Below, in pieces: positions 18,786 to 28,562 of a stretch of DNA of 64,000 nt. Numbering within the stretch: position 1 is the stretch's first letter; each line of letters begins with the position of its first letter. The stretch covers positions 4,901 through 68,900 of the forward strand of contig CASFSG010000018.1 of the NCBI GenBank assembly GCA_949297305.1, read 5' to 3'. Made by a program: the position numbers and the translations under genes. The notes below the pieces were generated by a model. That model was not told the DNA's origin. It was given only the letters and a program-made list of their open reading frames with translations, and made no database searches. The DNA comes from an uncultured bacterium. GTDB lineage: Bacteria > Bacillota_I > Bacilli_A > RFN20 > CAG-826.

Positions 18786-19871
18786 ATGATTAATGTTGAT
18801 CCTCCTCTTGACCCTCTGATATTAACTAGCGTAGATAGTACCGTCTACGGCATGCCTAGTTGGGTCGTTTGGATTTTAGTTGCAATTTTATTAATTGTTA
18901 GCGCTCTTTTTAGCGCCTCCGAAAACGCTTTTTCTAATTGTAATAAGTATCACTTTAAAGTTTTAGCTGATGAAGGCAAAGTCACTGCCAAAATCATCGT
19001 TTTTCTCACTGAGAAATTTGAACATACTTTAGTGACTATTTTAATTGGCAACAATATTGTCCAAACTCTCATTTCGACGATGACAGCGGTCTTATTTTAT
19101 AACTTATTAATGGGCACTTCTTTAGCAAATTATGAAGCCATTATCTCCTCCATTTTGGTTGGTGCTTTAGTTTATGTCGTTAGTGATACCGTCCCAAAAA
19201 TACTTTCAAAAGCGATTCCTAATAAGATGGCCATTTTACTTGCTTGGCCTGATTTTATCTTTTACATTTTGTTATTCCCATTATCTTATATTTTTAAACT
19301 CATCCTCGCTTTAACTCATAAAATTTTCCATATTAAAGAGAAAAATACTTTGACAAAAGAAGAATTTATCGATCAAGCTGATGAAGCAATTAGTGAAGAA
19401 AACATTTTAAATGAGGGTGAGCAATTATTTGAACCCAATGAAATTGGGATGATTAAAAAGGCTTTGAGCTTTGATGAAATCAGTGCGAAAGATGTTTATA
19501 CGCCTTTAGATAGAATTATATCTTTAAGTGCTGATAATTTATCAATTAAAGATGTTAATGATTTTATCATTAATAATAAGTACTCTCGTTATCCGGTCTA
19601 TGAAGATGATAAAGATAATATTGTTGGGGTTTTAAGTGTCAATGCCTATTTTAAAGAATATGCTTTAGATAATCATTTAGATGTACGTTCTTCTTTAAGT
19701 CAGCCGCTTTTTGTTAAAGAGGATGAAAAAGTTGATGATATCTTTAAAAAGCTCAACAACGAAAAGACGCATGTCGCCTTTGTTAAAAACGAGGAAGAAA
19801 AAGTTATTGGGATGTTGACGATGGAAGATATTCTCGATCAACTCGTAGTTACCAAAAAGGAGGCTAAATAA
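18786..19871 (+). CDS. CNNM/CorC (hemolysin-family) protein, DUF21 plus CBS pair, lacking CorC_HlyC tail
   Basis: LFSASENAF, ILIGNN, YSRYPVYE, GMLTMEDIL; ATG 18786 preferred over GTG 18729. Confidence 0.88.
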   Translation: MINVDPPLDPLILTSVDSTVYGMPSWVVWILVAILLIVSALFSASENAFSNCNKYHFKVLADEGKVTAKIIVFLTEKFEHTLVTILIGNNIVQTLISTMTAVLFYNLLMGTSLANYEAIISSILVGALVYVVSDTVPKILSKAIPNKMAILLAWPDFIFYILLFPLSYIFKLILALTHKIFHIKEKNTLTKEEFIDQADEAISEENILNEGEQLFEPNEIGMIKKALSFDEISAKDVYTPLDRIISLSADNLSIKDVNDFIINNKYSRYPVYEDDKDNIVGVLSVNAYFKEYALDNHLDVRSSLSQPLFVKEDEKVDDIFKKLNNEKTHVAFVKNEEEKVIGMLTMEDILDQLVVTKKEAK

Positions 19872-19873
19872 TT

Positions 19874-21181
19874 ATGGTTTTAATAATTGTTTATAGTGTA
19901 GTCCTCCTTCTTTTACTCATTTTATCAATGTTTTTTTCTAGTGCGGATATGGCTTATGGCTCGGCTAGTTTAAATCGTATTAGTAAATTGCAAGACGATA
20001 ATCCCAAAAAGAAAAAATTTGCTCGCGCCTATAAATTATCAAAGAATTATGATAAGACGATTTCGACGATTCTTTTATTTAATGACACAATTAACGCTGG
20101 GCTAGATACAGTCGCGACATTGCTCGGCATTCAAATTGCCTTGCAAGTTGGTATCACAAATAACGATACATCTGAACTCTATGGTTTAGTCGCTTCTTTA
20201 ATCGTCTTAGTGCTCAAAGTTATTTTTGGTGAGATGATCGCTAAATCGTTAGGGAAAATTTATAATTATAAGGCTGTTGGGGCTTATTCTTTCATTATCC
20301 AACTATGTTATTGGATAACTATTCCAATTACTTTTCTAGTTGGTGGTTTTGGTCATATTGTCGCCTATCCTTTCATTCATTCAAAAAACGACATTCAAGT
20401 TAAGGATGAAGAACTCCATGAAATGGTCGATGAAATTGAAGAAGAAGGCGTTATCGATGAAGACAAAGCCGATATTTTAAGAGGGACGATTGATTATGCG
20501 ACGACAGAAGTTTATGAAATCATGACTCCGCGGGCTAAATTATGCGCGATTGAAAAGGAAACGACGATTGAAGAAATTATGGAAAATAACCGCATCTTCT
20601 CTTTCTCGCGCATCTTAATTTATGAAGAAAATATCGATAATATTATCGGTTATGTTGAGACTAAATCGTTAATTAAAGCTTCTTTAGAAAATAATGAATC
20701 TATTCCTTCAAATAGCATCAAAGAAATTAAGTTTGTACCGCGAACGACCGAAATTAATGATGTCTTAAATTATTTTATTGAAACTCATCACCATATGGTA
20801 ATTGTTTTAGATGAATATGGTGGGGTTGAAGGTCTAGTGACTAAAGAAGATATTTATGAAGAATTAGTTGGCGAAATTTGGGATGAAACCGATCAAACCA
20901 ATAATATTGTCTCTGAGCAAGACGAGGATACCTTTATTATCGATGGCGGGATGAATTTAGAAGATTTTTGTCAATTATTCGATCTCGATTTTGATGAAAT
21001 TGATACAGAATATGTGACAATTGGTGGTTTTATTATCGAATTATTAGATGATAAGTTCGCGGAACTTAATCAAGTGATTGAATATCAAAATTTATCGATG
21101 AAAGTTATTGCGATGGGCAAACACCATACCATCAAGAAATTATTGGTAAAAAAGATGAAAGATAAAAACGAGAAAGAATAA
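19874..21181 (+). CDS. CNNM/CorC protein, DUF21 plus CBS plus CorC_HlyC
   Basis: IMTPR, FSRI, DEYGGVEGLVTKEDIYEELVGEIWDE, TIGGF. Confidence 0.9.
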   Translation: MVLIIVYSVVLLLLLILSMFFSSADMAYGSASLNRISKLQDDNPKKKKFARAYKLSKNYDKTISTILLFNDTINAGLDTVATLLGIQIALQVGITNNDTSELYGLVASLIVLVLKVIFGEMIAKSLGKIYNYKAVGAYSFIIQLCYWITIPITFLVGGFGHIVAYPFIHSKNDIQVKDEELHEMVDEIEEEGVIDEDKADILRGTIDYATTEVYEIMTPRAKLCAIEKETTIEEIMENNRIFSFSRILIYEENIDNIIGYVETKSLIKASLENNESIPSNSIKEIKFVPRTTEINDVLNYFIETHHHMVIVLDEYGGVEGLVTKEDIYEELVGEIWDETDQTNNIVSEQDEDTFIIDGGMNLEDFCQLFDLDFDEIDTEYVTIGGFIIELLDDKFAELNQVIEYQNLSMKVIAMGKHHTIKKLLVKKMKDKNEKE

Positions 21182-21258
21182 TTTATCATTGTTCATTATT
21201 TTTATAATGAAAAAAATTTCCCTCTTGTTATAATAAGATTGTCTATGAGGAAGAACTT

Positions 21259-22611
21259 ATGAAAAATAAATTTATCTTAATTAATTCTTTAATTAGCCTC
21301 TTTTTGCTTAGTGGCTGTATCTCAAAAGAAGCTTTGACTCCTAATACCTTAAAAGTTTTAACAAATCCAAGCGATTCGACAACTTTAAATGATGAAGAGA
21401 TGGAAATAGTTTTAAGTGAAGCTAGGAAAAACCTAAAAGATGTTTCGATGATGCGTTATACCGTCAACGAAGTTGATGATAACTCACGATTATACACGGG
21501 TGCTTTAAGCACTTTAGCCAATCGACGAACATCGTATACTCAATTAGAATTAACCCCCTTTAGCAATGATGTTTTAGTTTCATCTATTTCTAATTCGGTC
21601 GTTTCTACTGGCAACACGGTTTATTCTTCCTATTATTCCAATTCAAACATTTTTTATATTAATGAAGTTCCTTCTTTAGAGGAAAACGAAGATCCTTCTT
21701 ATCAAATTTCCTATAATGTTAAATCGACAATTAATAATCAGTCTTCCTCTTATAGTGGCAAAACGGTTGATTTACCTTCATTAGAATATGGCCGCATGTT
21801 CCTCAATCAATTATTAGAAAGTTTAATTTTTGATGAAAGCTATACGGAAGGAATCGATTTATTTTCAGTCACTTCTTTGAAGAAATATGTTTTGACGAAT
21901 AATGGTTTTGCTTTCTCACAGAGTTCGCGGAATGTTTACGCTACATATTATAATGTAGAAGTTGATTATATTGATAATCCCATTAAGGGCAATAATGAAA
22001 ATCAACTTTTATTAGCGAAGATCGATAACTTCCAAATTTGTTACGCTTATGATATGACAAGCGGCTATCGTTTAGATAATTTCCAATATATTCGTTCGAG
22101 CGGTTATTTAAGCGATTATCAAGGCAATATCAATAGCGATATCTTGATCGTTTCACAAATGACGAAAAATATCAAAGTTAATTATGGTCCTAGAGATGTT
22201 TATGAAGGAGAAATTGTTCCTTATGAAAATGTCGATCCCTTCTTAGATTATGAATTAGTATCAGTTAATGAGGTGGGTGAATATACATTAGTTGATAATT
22301 TTATCGATACATCGATGAGTTATGTCGCTTTATATGGAGCCTCCTCTATTGATGGATATGTGGCAATTAAACATTTCAATTTAGCGACTGGTAATTATGC
22401 CCTTCGAGGTGTAGATGATAAAATTATCCCTTATGATGATATCGAAATTGTTTCCAACCGCTTTAATTCAATTAAGCCCCAAATTATTAATAACGTTGAA
22501 TATATTAATCTTTTAGAAGGCGAATATGAAATGAGAATTTATCTAGATCAAGATGGTCATCTCATCAATGTTGAATTATCTTGTCTAGAAGTGACGATGA
22601 ATATAGCATGA
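21259..22611 (+). CDS. Lipoprotein of unknown function
   Basis: Lipobox LSGC after a hydrophobic signal; GAGG RBS. Confidence 0.7.
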   Translation: MKNKFILINSLISLFLLSGCISKEALTPNTLKVLTNPSDSTTLNDEEMEIVLSEARKNLKDVSMMRYTVNEVDDNSRLYTGALSTLANRRTSYTQLELTPFSNDVLVSSISNSVVSTGNTVYSSYYSNSNIFYINEVPSLEENEDPSYQISYNVKSTINNQSSSYSGKTVDLPSLEYGRMFLNQLLESLIFDESYTEGIDLFSVTSLKKYVLTNNGFAFSQSSRNVYATYYNVEVDYIDNPIKGNNENQLLLAKIDNFQICYAYDMTSGYRLDNFQYIRSSGYLSDYQGNINSDILIVSQMTKNIKVNYGPRDVYEGEIVPYENVDPFLDYELVSVNEVGEYTLVDNFIDTSMSYVALYGASSIDGYVAIKHFNLATGNYALRGVDDKIIPYDDIEIVSNRFNSIKPQIINNVEYINLLEGEYEMRIYLDQDGHLINVELSCLEVTMNIA

Positions 22612-23648
22612 AAGAAAAAAATTCCATAATTGTTTTGCCTAGCTATCAGCCAGATGAAAAACTAATTAAAGTAGTTAACGAACTTTTTATTAACCGCTTT
22701 AAAGTTTTAGTAATTAATGATGGTAGCGACCCTTCTTATGATAAAATTTTCGATCAAATTAAAGATAAAGCAATTGTCGTCGGCTATCAAGGTAATAAGG
22801 GTAAAGGTTTCGCTTTAAAATACGGTTATAAATATATTTATGAACATTTACAAGAATATCCTTATTTAATTACGGCGGATGGCGATGGACAACACGCGAC
22901 GGAAGATATTATTAAAATGGATGAAATCGTCACTTCTTTAAAAAGACCAGTTATCGGTGTTCGCGACTTTAAAACGAAGGTCCCAATTAAATCGCGAATT
23001 GGTAATAATCTATCTTGTTTAACTCAAACTCTGATAACTTCGCGTTATCTACGTGATAATCAATGCGGTTTAAGGGCTTTTACTAGAGAAGATATTCCTT
23101 GGATGATGAAGGTAAAAGGCAATCGCTATGAATATGAAATGAATATCATCTCTTATTTACAACTAAAAGAGATGAAGTACGCTCCGATGCACATTCAAAC
23201 AATTTATGAAAATAATAATGAGGGTTCACACTTTCGTCCTTTCCGCGACACTGTTCGCATTCAAAAAATAATTTTAAAATTTGGTTTACCAAAACTAATT
23301 AGTTTTATTGTTGGTATCGTTTTATCTTATATTTATTTCCAATTTGCATTTTCAAATATTAATTTAAATTACGAAATTTCCACTCTTTTAGCTGCTTTGA
23401 CTTCATTCTTATTTTATTTATTAATCTATTTTATCATTTATCGTCCATTGATACCTTATCGCCCTTTACTTAGAAATGTTGTCATCAAAATGCTTAGTTT
23501 TATCGGTGTTTTCCTATTTGTCGAATTATTTTCTCGCCTTTTAAATTTACCAATAGCTTTATCGTATTTTTTAGCTTCATTTGTTATGATTTTCCCTTCG
23601 CATTATCTTTTAAAAGCAATGGCGATGGTCTACGAATCTCAAATTTAA
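22608..23648 (+). CDS. GT2 glycosyltransferase fused to GtrA-like membrane domain
   Basis: INDGS, NKGKGFALK, ADGDGQH, DNQCGLRAF, SHFRP; four C-terminal TMs; ATGA overlap gives start 22608. Confidence 0.88.
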   Translation: MKEKNSIIVLPSYQPDEKLIKVVNELFINRFKVLVINDGSDPSYDKIFDQIKDKAIVVGYQGNKGKGFALKYGYKYIYEHLQEYPYLITADGDGQHATEDIIKMDEIVTSLKRPVIGVRDFKTKVPIKSRIGNNLSCLTQTLITSRYLRDNQCGLRAFTREDIPWMMKVKGNRYEYEMNIISYLQLKEMKYAPMHIQTIYENNNEGSHFRPFRDTVRIQKIILKFGLPKLISFIVGIVLSYIYFQFAFSNINLNYEISTLLAALTSFLFYLLIYFIIYRPLIPYRPLLRNVVIKMLSFIGVFLFVELFSRLLNLPIALSYFLASFVMIFPSHYLLKAMAMVYESQI

Positions 23649-23716
23649 AATTAATGTTGATTAATTTATAAAATAAATATATTATTTTCTTGTTTATGAA
23701 AGGATTTTTATTTTAA

Positions 23717-24658
23717 ATGAAAAAATTTGAAATTATTCTCGATAGTGGCGCGGATATGCCATTAGAATTACGCCAAAAATATGATATTTATCCTGAAATT
23801 TTTAAAGGGATCGTTTATAACCCTGATGGTTCTGAAATGCTTCGAGCAGATATCGATTATCAAAATATATCTGCCGAAAATTATTTTGCTATTATCAAAA
23901 AGAATGCTGGTAAAATCAAAACATCTTTTACTCCGATTGGTGAAATGGTGACGATTATGGACAAAATTGCCAAAGAGGGAAAAGATATCTTAGTTATAAC
24001 TATTTCTAGTGGTATTTCTGGCACTTATGGCGCTGCCATTGAGGCGAGCGAACTAGTTAAAGAAGATAACCCAGATGTCAATATCAAAATCGTTGATTCT
24101 TTAAAATATTCTTCTGGTATTGCTATTTTAGCTATTAGGGCGAGCGAAATGCGTTTACAAGGCGCATCGATAGAAGAAGTTGAAAAACATCTCAACGAAT
24201 TGCGTTATCAAATTCATGAAAGTGGTCCGATGGATGATTTAATGTTTTTAGCTAAAAGTGGTCGTCTAAAAGGAGTGAAAGCTTTCTTTGGCCAAATGGT
24301 TGGTGTTCGTCCTTTAGCGGATTTTAATTTTAAAGGTGAAAACGAACCCATTGGGACAGTTAAAGGTAAAGATAAAGTAGATAATATTTGTTTAACTTAT
24401 ATGGAACAGTTAATTGAAAACCCCTTAGACCAAATCATTTTCATTTCTCATAGTAATCGCTACGAAAAGGCTCTTAAATATCAAGAATTGATTCAAAAGA
24501 AATTTAATCCTAAAGCAATTTATATCACCAATTTAAGTCAATCTTGTGGAGCGAATGTTGGCCCTGGTTTATGCGCGGCTTTTTATATCGGCAAACCAAT
24601 TACTCCTGATAGAAAAACGCAATTAGATGCATTCGCTTATGCCTTAAAGGTTAATTGA
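23717..24658 (+). CDS. DegV/FakB family fatty-acid binding protein
   Basis: ILDSGAD, KTS, ISSGISGTY, VDS, LAKSGR, VGPG. Confidence 0.9.
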   Translation: MKKFEIILDSGADMPLELRQKYDIYPEIFKGIVYNPDGSEMLRADIDYQNISAENYFAIIKKNAGKIKTSFTPIGEMVTIMDKIAKEGKDILVITISSGISGTYGAAIEASELVKEDNPDVNIKIVDSLKYSSGIAILAIRASEMRLQGASIEEVEKHLNELRYQIHESGPMDDLMFLAKSGRLKGVKAFFGQMVGVRPLADFNFKGENEPIGTVKGKDKVDNICLTYMEQLIENPLDQIIFISHSNRYEKALKYQELIQKKFNPKAIYITNLSQSCGANVGPGLCAAFYIGKPITPDRKTQLDAFAYALKVN

Positions 24659-24674
24659 GTGTTATAATAAGTTT

Positions 24675-25703
24675 GTGAATTTATTATATTTAGTTACATT
24701 ATCTAATTGGATGATCGCCTTAATCGTTATTGGGGCAATTGTCCTTTTTATTTTGTTAAATTTAGTAATTATGCTGCTTTATACAAATAAAATTGCTACA
24801 CGGCTATTTTATAATCAGTGGCGAAGAGATGACTTAAGTAAATATATGCGAGGATGTTCCGATAAGGATTTTGACTACCATGTCGATATGTTCAATCAGG
24901 GAATGGCTTATCGCAAAACGATTTTAGATAAAGTTCATGAAGTCAAAATCTTAGTTAATGAAGATCGACTAACAGGCGAATATTATGATTTCGGTTTTAA
25001 TCGAACAATTATTATTATGCCTGGTAGAATGGAAACGGCCTTATATGGGGCTTTTTATGCCGAGCCATTAATTAAAGCTGGCTATAATGTTTTGTGTCCC
25101 GATCCTTACGCTCATGGTTTAAGCGATGGTAAAGTAATCTCGTTAGGTTCAAAAGAAGGTGATGATGTCTTAAGTTGGGCAAAATATCTTCACGAAGAAA
25201 AAGGTCAAGAAGATATTGGACTATTTGGAATATGTGGTGGCTCTACCGGAGCGCTTTATGCTTTAAAAAATCAACATCCTAATTATTTGCGCTTTATGAT
25301 TGCTGATTCAATGTTCATTACTTTTTTTGATATGTATCGACGACATATTATTGATGAACGTAAACCAGTGTTCCCGGTCATTTATCAAGTTTTACATAAA
25401 ATTAAAAAATATAATAAAGTCAATCCATATCGAGTCACGCCTAAAAAAATCATTAAAAATGTTCGAGAACCAATTCTCTTTTTAAGCGGCGAAAAAGACA
25501 TTTTTGCGGTTAGTAAGAATGCAAGTAAATTATTTAAACTTTCCCGATCAGTTCATAAGGAAATAGTTTATTTACCGCATGGTCGTCATTCGCATTTACG
25601 ATATGATGATAAAGAAATATATGACCAGGCTATCGAGAAATTTTTAAAGAATTTAGACGAAAATAATTATTATTTTAACCAACTTAATAATATCGCTAAT
25701 TGA
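24675..25703 (+). CDS. Membrane-anchored alpha/beta hydrolase
   Basis: N-terminal TM; AHGLSDG; GICGG at the nucleophile elbow; PILFLSGEKD; C-terminal His. Confidence 0.78.
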   Translation: MNLLYLVTLSNWMIALIVIGAIVLFILLNLVIMLLYTNKIATRLFYNQWRRDDLSKYMRGCSDKDFDYHVDMFNQGMAYRKTILDKVHEVKILVNEDRLTGEYYDFGFNRTIIIMPGRMETALYGAFYAEPLIKAGYNVLCPDPYAHGLSDGKVISLGSKEGDDVLSWAKYLHEEKGQEDIGLFGICGGSTGALYALKNQHPNYLRFMIADSMFITFFDMYRRHIIDERKPVFPVIYQVLHKIKKYNKVNPYRVTPKKIIKNVREPILFLSGEKDIFAVSKNASKLFKLSRSVHKEIVYLPHGRHSHLRYDDKEIYDQAIEKFLKNLDENNYYFNQLNNIAN

Positions 25704-26226
25704 TAAAGTTAATAAATGTTATCTTCATATATAAAGGAAGAATATTGTAATGACTGTGTTTTTTTATTTAATATTGCCAAAACGGAGATCCCTTATGAAC
25801 TTATAACGCAAAAAAGAATAGAAATAATGAAGTTTTACCTATATTATTTAAATAATTTATTAAAAATAAATAGAAGAAAAAAATCTTCTATTGCGCATTT
25901 AATCACGCAAAAATAGGATTTTTGATTAAAAATCTAGAAAAATTTCTATAATCTTATCTATTGTAAATCCTTTCTTAGAAAAAAATAAAATATCGTTATA
26001 ATAATGAGCGATAGGAGTATTCCTAATATGATAAATATTTTAAGATGAATTATAAAGATGGAATTATTAAGACATTACTCAATTAAATTCCTGTAAAAAA
26101 TCTTTAATATTTTTGTATAATTTTATTTGAAAAGAATATGCTTAAAAATATTTTATCATTATTTCCTAATAACAAATATCTGTTTAACCAGTAAAATATT
26201 ACTTAATAAAATAATTTTATTCTATC

Positions 26227-26255
26227 TTGCATAAATGTCGTTTGATAAATATAAT
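26227..26255 (+). promoter_or_regulatory. SigA promoter of tRNA-Trp
   Basis: TTGCAT-17 bp-TATAAT ending 11 nt before the tRNA. Confidence 0.75.
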
Positions 26256-26266
26256 AATTCGAGCAT

Positions 26267-26337
26267 AGGGGCGTAGTTAAACGGCATAGCAACGGTCTCC
26301 AAAACCGTTATTGCGGGTTCGATTCCTGCCGCCCCTG
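26267..26337 (+). tRNA. tRNA-Trp (CCA), 3' CCA not encoded
   Basis: AGGGGCG/CGCCCCT acceptor, ACGGT-CTCCAAA-ACCGT anticodon arm, GGTTCGATTCC T arm. Confidence 0.95.
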
Positions 26338-26446
26338 GATGAAGAGCTCTATCTTGAGCCTTTTTATTTTATAAAAATTTACAAGACATTTCCTAACCTT
26401 AAATTACTTATATTAATTTCATTATTTATTTGTTAAAATTTCTTTT

Positions 26447-27157
26447 GTGAAGAAAAAAACATTATCTGCAAAAGGTCAAGATTCTCTCTCTTTTAGGTTT
26501 TTAAAATTGCTTACTCGCATCGCGATTCATCAACCAAATTTTATTTTTCTTGGTGATAAAATAACTCGACCTTCATTAATTTTATCTAATCATGTTGGCT
26601 CAAGAGCGCCATTGACTTTAGAAGTATATGCACCTTTTAAGACAAGAATTTTAGGTGCCTACCAAATGACCGGTTCATTAAAAGAAGTATATCATTATTT
26701 AGCACATATTTATTGGCATCAAAAAGGCAAGATGTCTTTGCCGCTTGCTAAGTTTTGTGCTTTTTTTGCCTGCCCTTTAGTGTATGCTACATACAAAGGT
26801 TTAAAAGTCATTCCCTCATATAGTGATTATAATTTTATAAAAAGTATTAAAGCTTGTTATCGCGTGTTTAATGATTTTCAGGAAAATTTGGTTATCTTTC
26901 CTGAAGATAGCAGCAATGGTTATTTTGATCGAATAACACATTTTTATAGCGGTTTTGCCGTTTTAGCCGACTATTGCTTAAAGCAAGGACTAGATTTAGA
27001 TATCTATTTAGCATATTTTTGTAAAGCAAGTCGCAATTATTATTTTGATAAGCCAATAAAATATTCCGAATTAAAAAAACTCTATCCTAATAAAGATGAA
27101 ATGGCAGAGGCTTTAAGAAGACGTTGTAACCAATTAGGGGAATTAGATAAAAAATAA
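26447..27157 (+). CDS. PlsC-like glycerolipid acyltransferase family protein
   Basis: LILSNH and VIFPED blocks. Confidence 0.72.
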   Translation: MKKKTLSAKGQDSLSFRFLKLLTRIAIHQPNFIFLGDKITRPSLILSNHVGSRAPLTLEVYAPFKTRILGAYQMTGSLKEVYHYLAHIYWHQKGKMSLPLAKFCAFFACPLVYATYKGLKVIPSYSDYNFIKSIKACYRVFNDFQENLVIFPEDSSNGYFDRITHFYSGFAVLADYCLKQGLDLDIYLAYFCKASRNYYFDKPIKYSELKKLYPNKDEMAEALRRRCNQLGELDKK

Positions 27158-27165
27158 ATTCATTT

Positions 27166-28392
27166 ATGAATAAAACATTTATTAGTAAATTTATTTTCAA
27201 GCAACTTCCCAAAGATGTTTTTTATCTTATGGAAAAAATTGAAAAGAATGGTTTTCAATGTTATGTTGTCGGCGGTGCTTTACGAGATATTCTTTTAAAA
27301 AAGAAAATTAATGATATTGATTTAGCGACGAACGCTAGACCTATCGATATCAAAAACATTTTTCCTAAAACTATTGATACAGGAATAAAACACGGAACAA
27401 TTTCGATTTATTTTCGACGAAAAATTTATGAAATTACAACATTTCGTCATGAAGATAACTATTTCGATCATCGACACCCATCTTTAGTAAAATTTGTTTC
27501 TTCATTAAAAGAGGATTTAATTAGACGAGACTTCACCATTAATGCTTTTGCTTTCAATCCACGCGTTGGGTTAATCGATTTATTTAATGGTCTAGAAGAT
27601 TTAAAGCATCGTCTAATTAAAGCAATCGGAAATCCTGCTGAACGATTTAATGAAGATGCTTTAAGAATGCTTAGAGCCTTTCGCTTCGCTTCTCAAATTG
27701 ATGGTAAAATTGAAACCAACACTTTTTTAGCCATTGGAAAATTGGCATATCTAATTAATAGCATATCAGTTGAAAGAATTCGTGAAGAGCTTGATAAAAT
27801 TCTTTTAAATAATCACCCCGAAGTTCTTTTGAATTGTCCATTAAACCCCTTTATTTTATTAAATGATAAACTTAAAAAAACTAAACGTAATTTGTTTGCT
27901 TTTAATCTATTAAAAAAATCCCCGCATAATTTAGTTTCTCGTTTGGTTCTCTTTTATGATTTAATGGATTTCTCGCTTAATGACATTGCAATGATATTAA
28001 AGCATTATAAATATTCGAATTATACAATTTCTAGAGTTAATTTATTTTCAAAATATTTAAGTTTTGTAATACCTATCGATAAGATAAAAATCAAATTTTT
28101 AATTAAAGATTTAGGTGGTTATGATGTCCTAAATCAATTAATTTTATTAAAAAAGTACTCGATTCACCATTATCAAGAAAAGATTGATTTATCATATTTA
28201 AAATCTCTTCATTTAGATGAGTGTATCTATAATATCAGCGATTTAGCAATTGGTGGCAATGATTTAGTAAACTTAGGATTTATGGGAAAAAATATTTCAT
28301 TAATTTTAAACGCTATTTTAGATTTAGTTATAGCGGAAAAAATTCCTAATCAAAAAGAAAATCTTCTTTCCTATATTAAAGATAATTTTTAA
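27166..28392 (+). CDS. cca: CCA tRNA nucleotidyltransferase (class II)
   Basis: VGGALRD, DIDLAT, RRDFTINA, EDALRMLRAFRF, SVERIREE. Confidence 0.92.
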   Translation: MNKTFISKFIFKQLPKDVFYLMEKIEKNGFQCYVVGGALRDILLKKKINDIDLATNARPIDIKNIFPKTIDTGIKHGTISIYFRRKIYEITTFRHEDNYFDHRHPSLVKFVSSLKEDLIRRDFTINAFAFNPRVGLIDLFNGLEDLKHRLIKAIGNPAERFNEDALRMLRAFRFASQIDGKIETNTFLAIGKLAYLINSISVERIREELDKILLNNHPEVLLNCPLNPFILLNDKLKKTKRNLFAFNLLKKSPHNLVSRLVLFYDLMDFSLNDIAMILKHYKYSNYTISRVNLFSKYLSFVIPIDKIKIKFLIKDLGGYDVLNQLILLKKYSIHHYQEKIDLSYLKSLHLDECIYNISDLAIGGNDLVNLGFMGKNISLILNAILDLVIAEKIPNQKENLLSYIKDNF

Positions 28393-28562
28393 AAAAACTA
28401 AAAAGATTTTTCTTGTTATTTAATTGTTTGTTTTATTGTCATAAATTTTTTATTGCTATTCTTAACATATACAAAGAATAACATTCTTATTTTTAACAAT
28501 ATTTTTAATGTAAATGTCACCTTTTCTTATCTAAGTTATGCGACAAAATATTAGTGTCTTAA

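Noticed and set aside
25716..25916. 66-aa ORF
   Set aside because: No RBS or motif; composition is that of AT-rich non-coding DNA.
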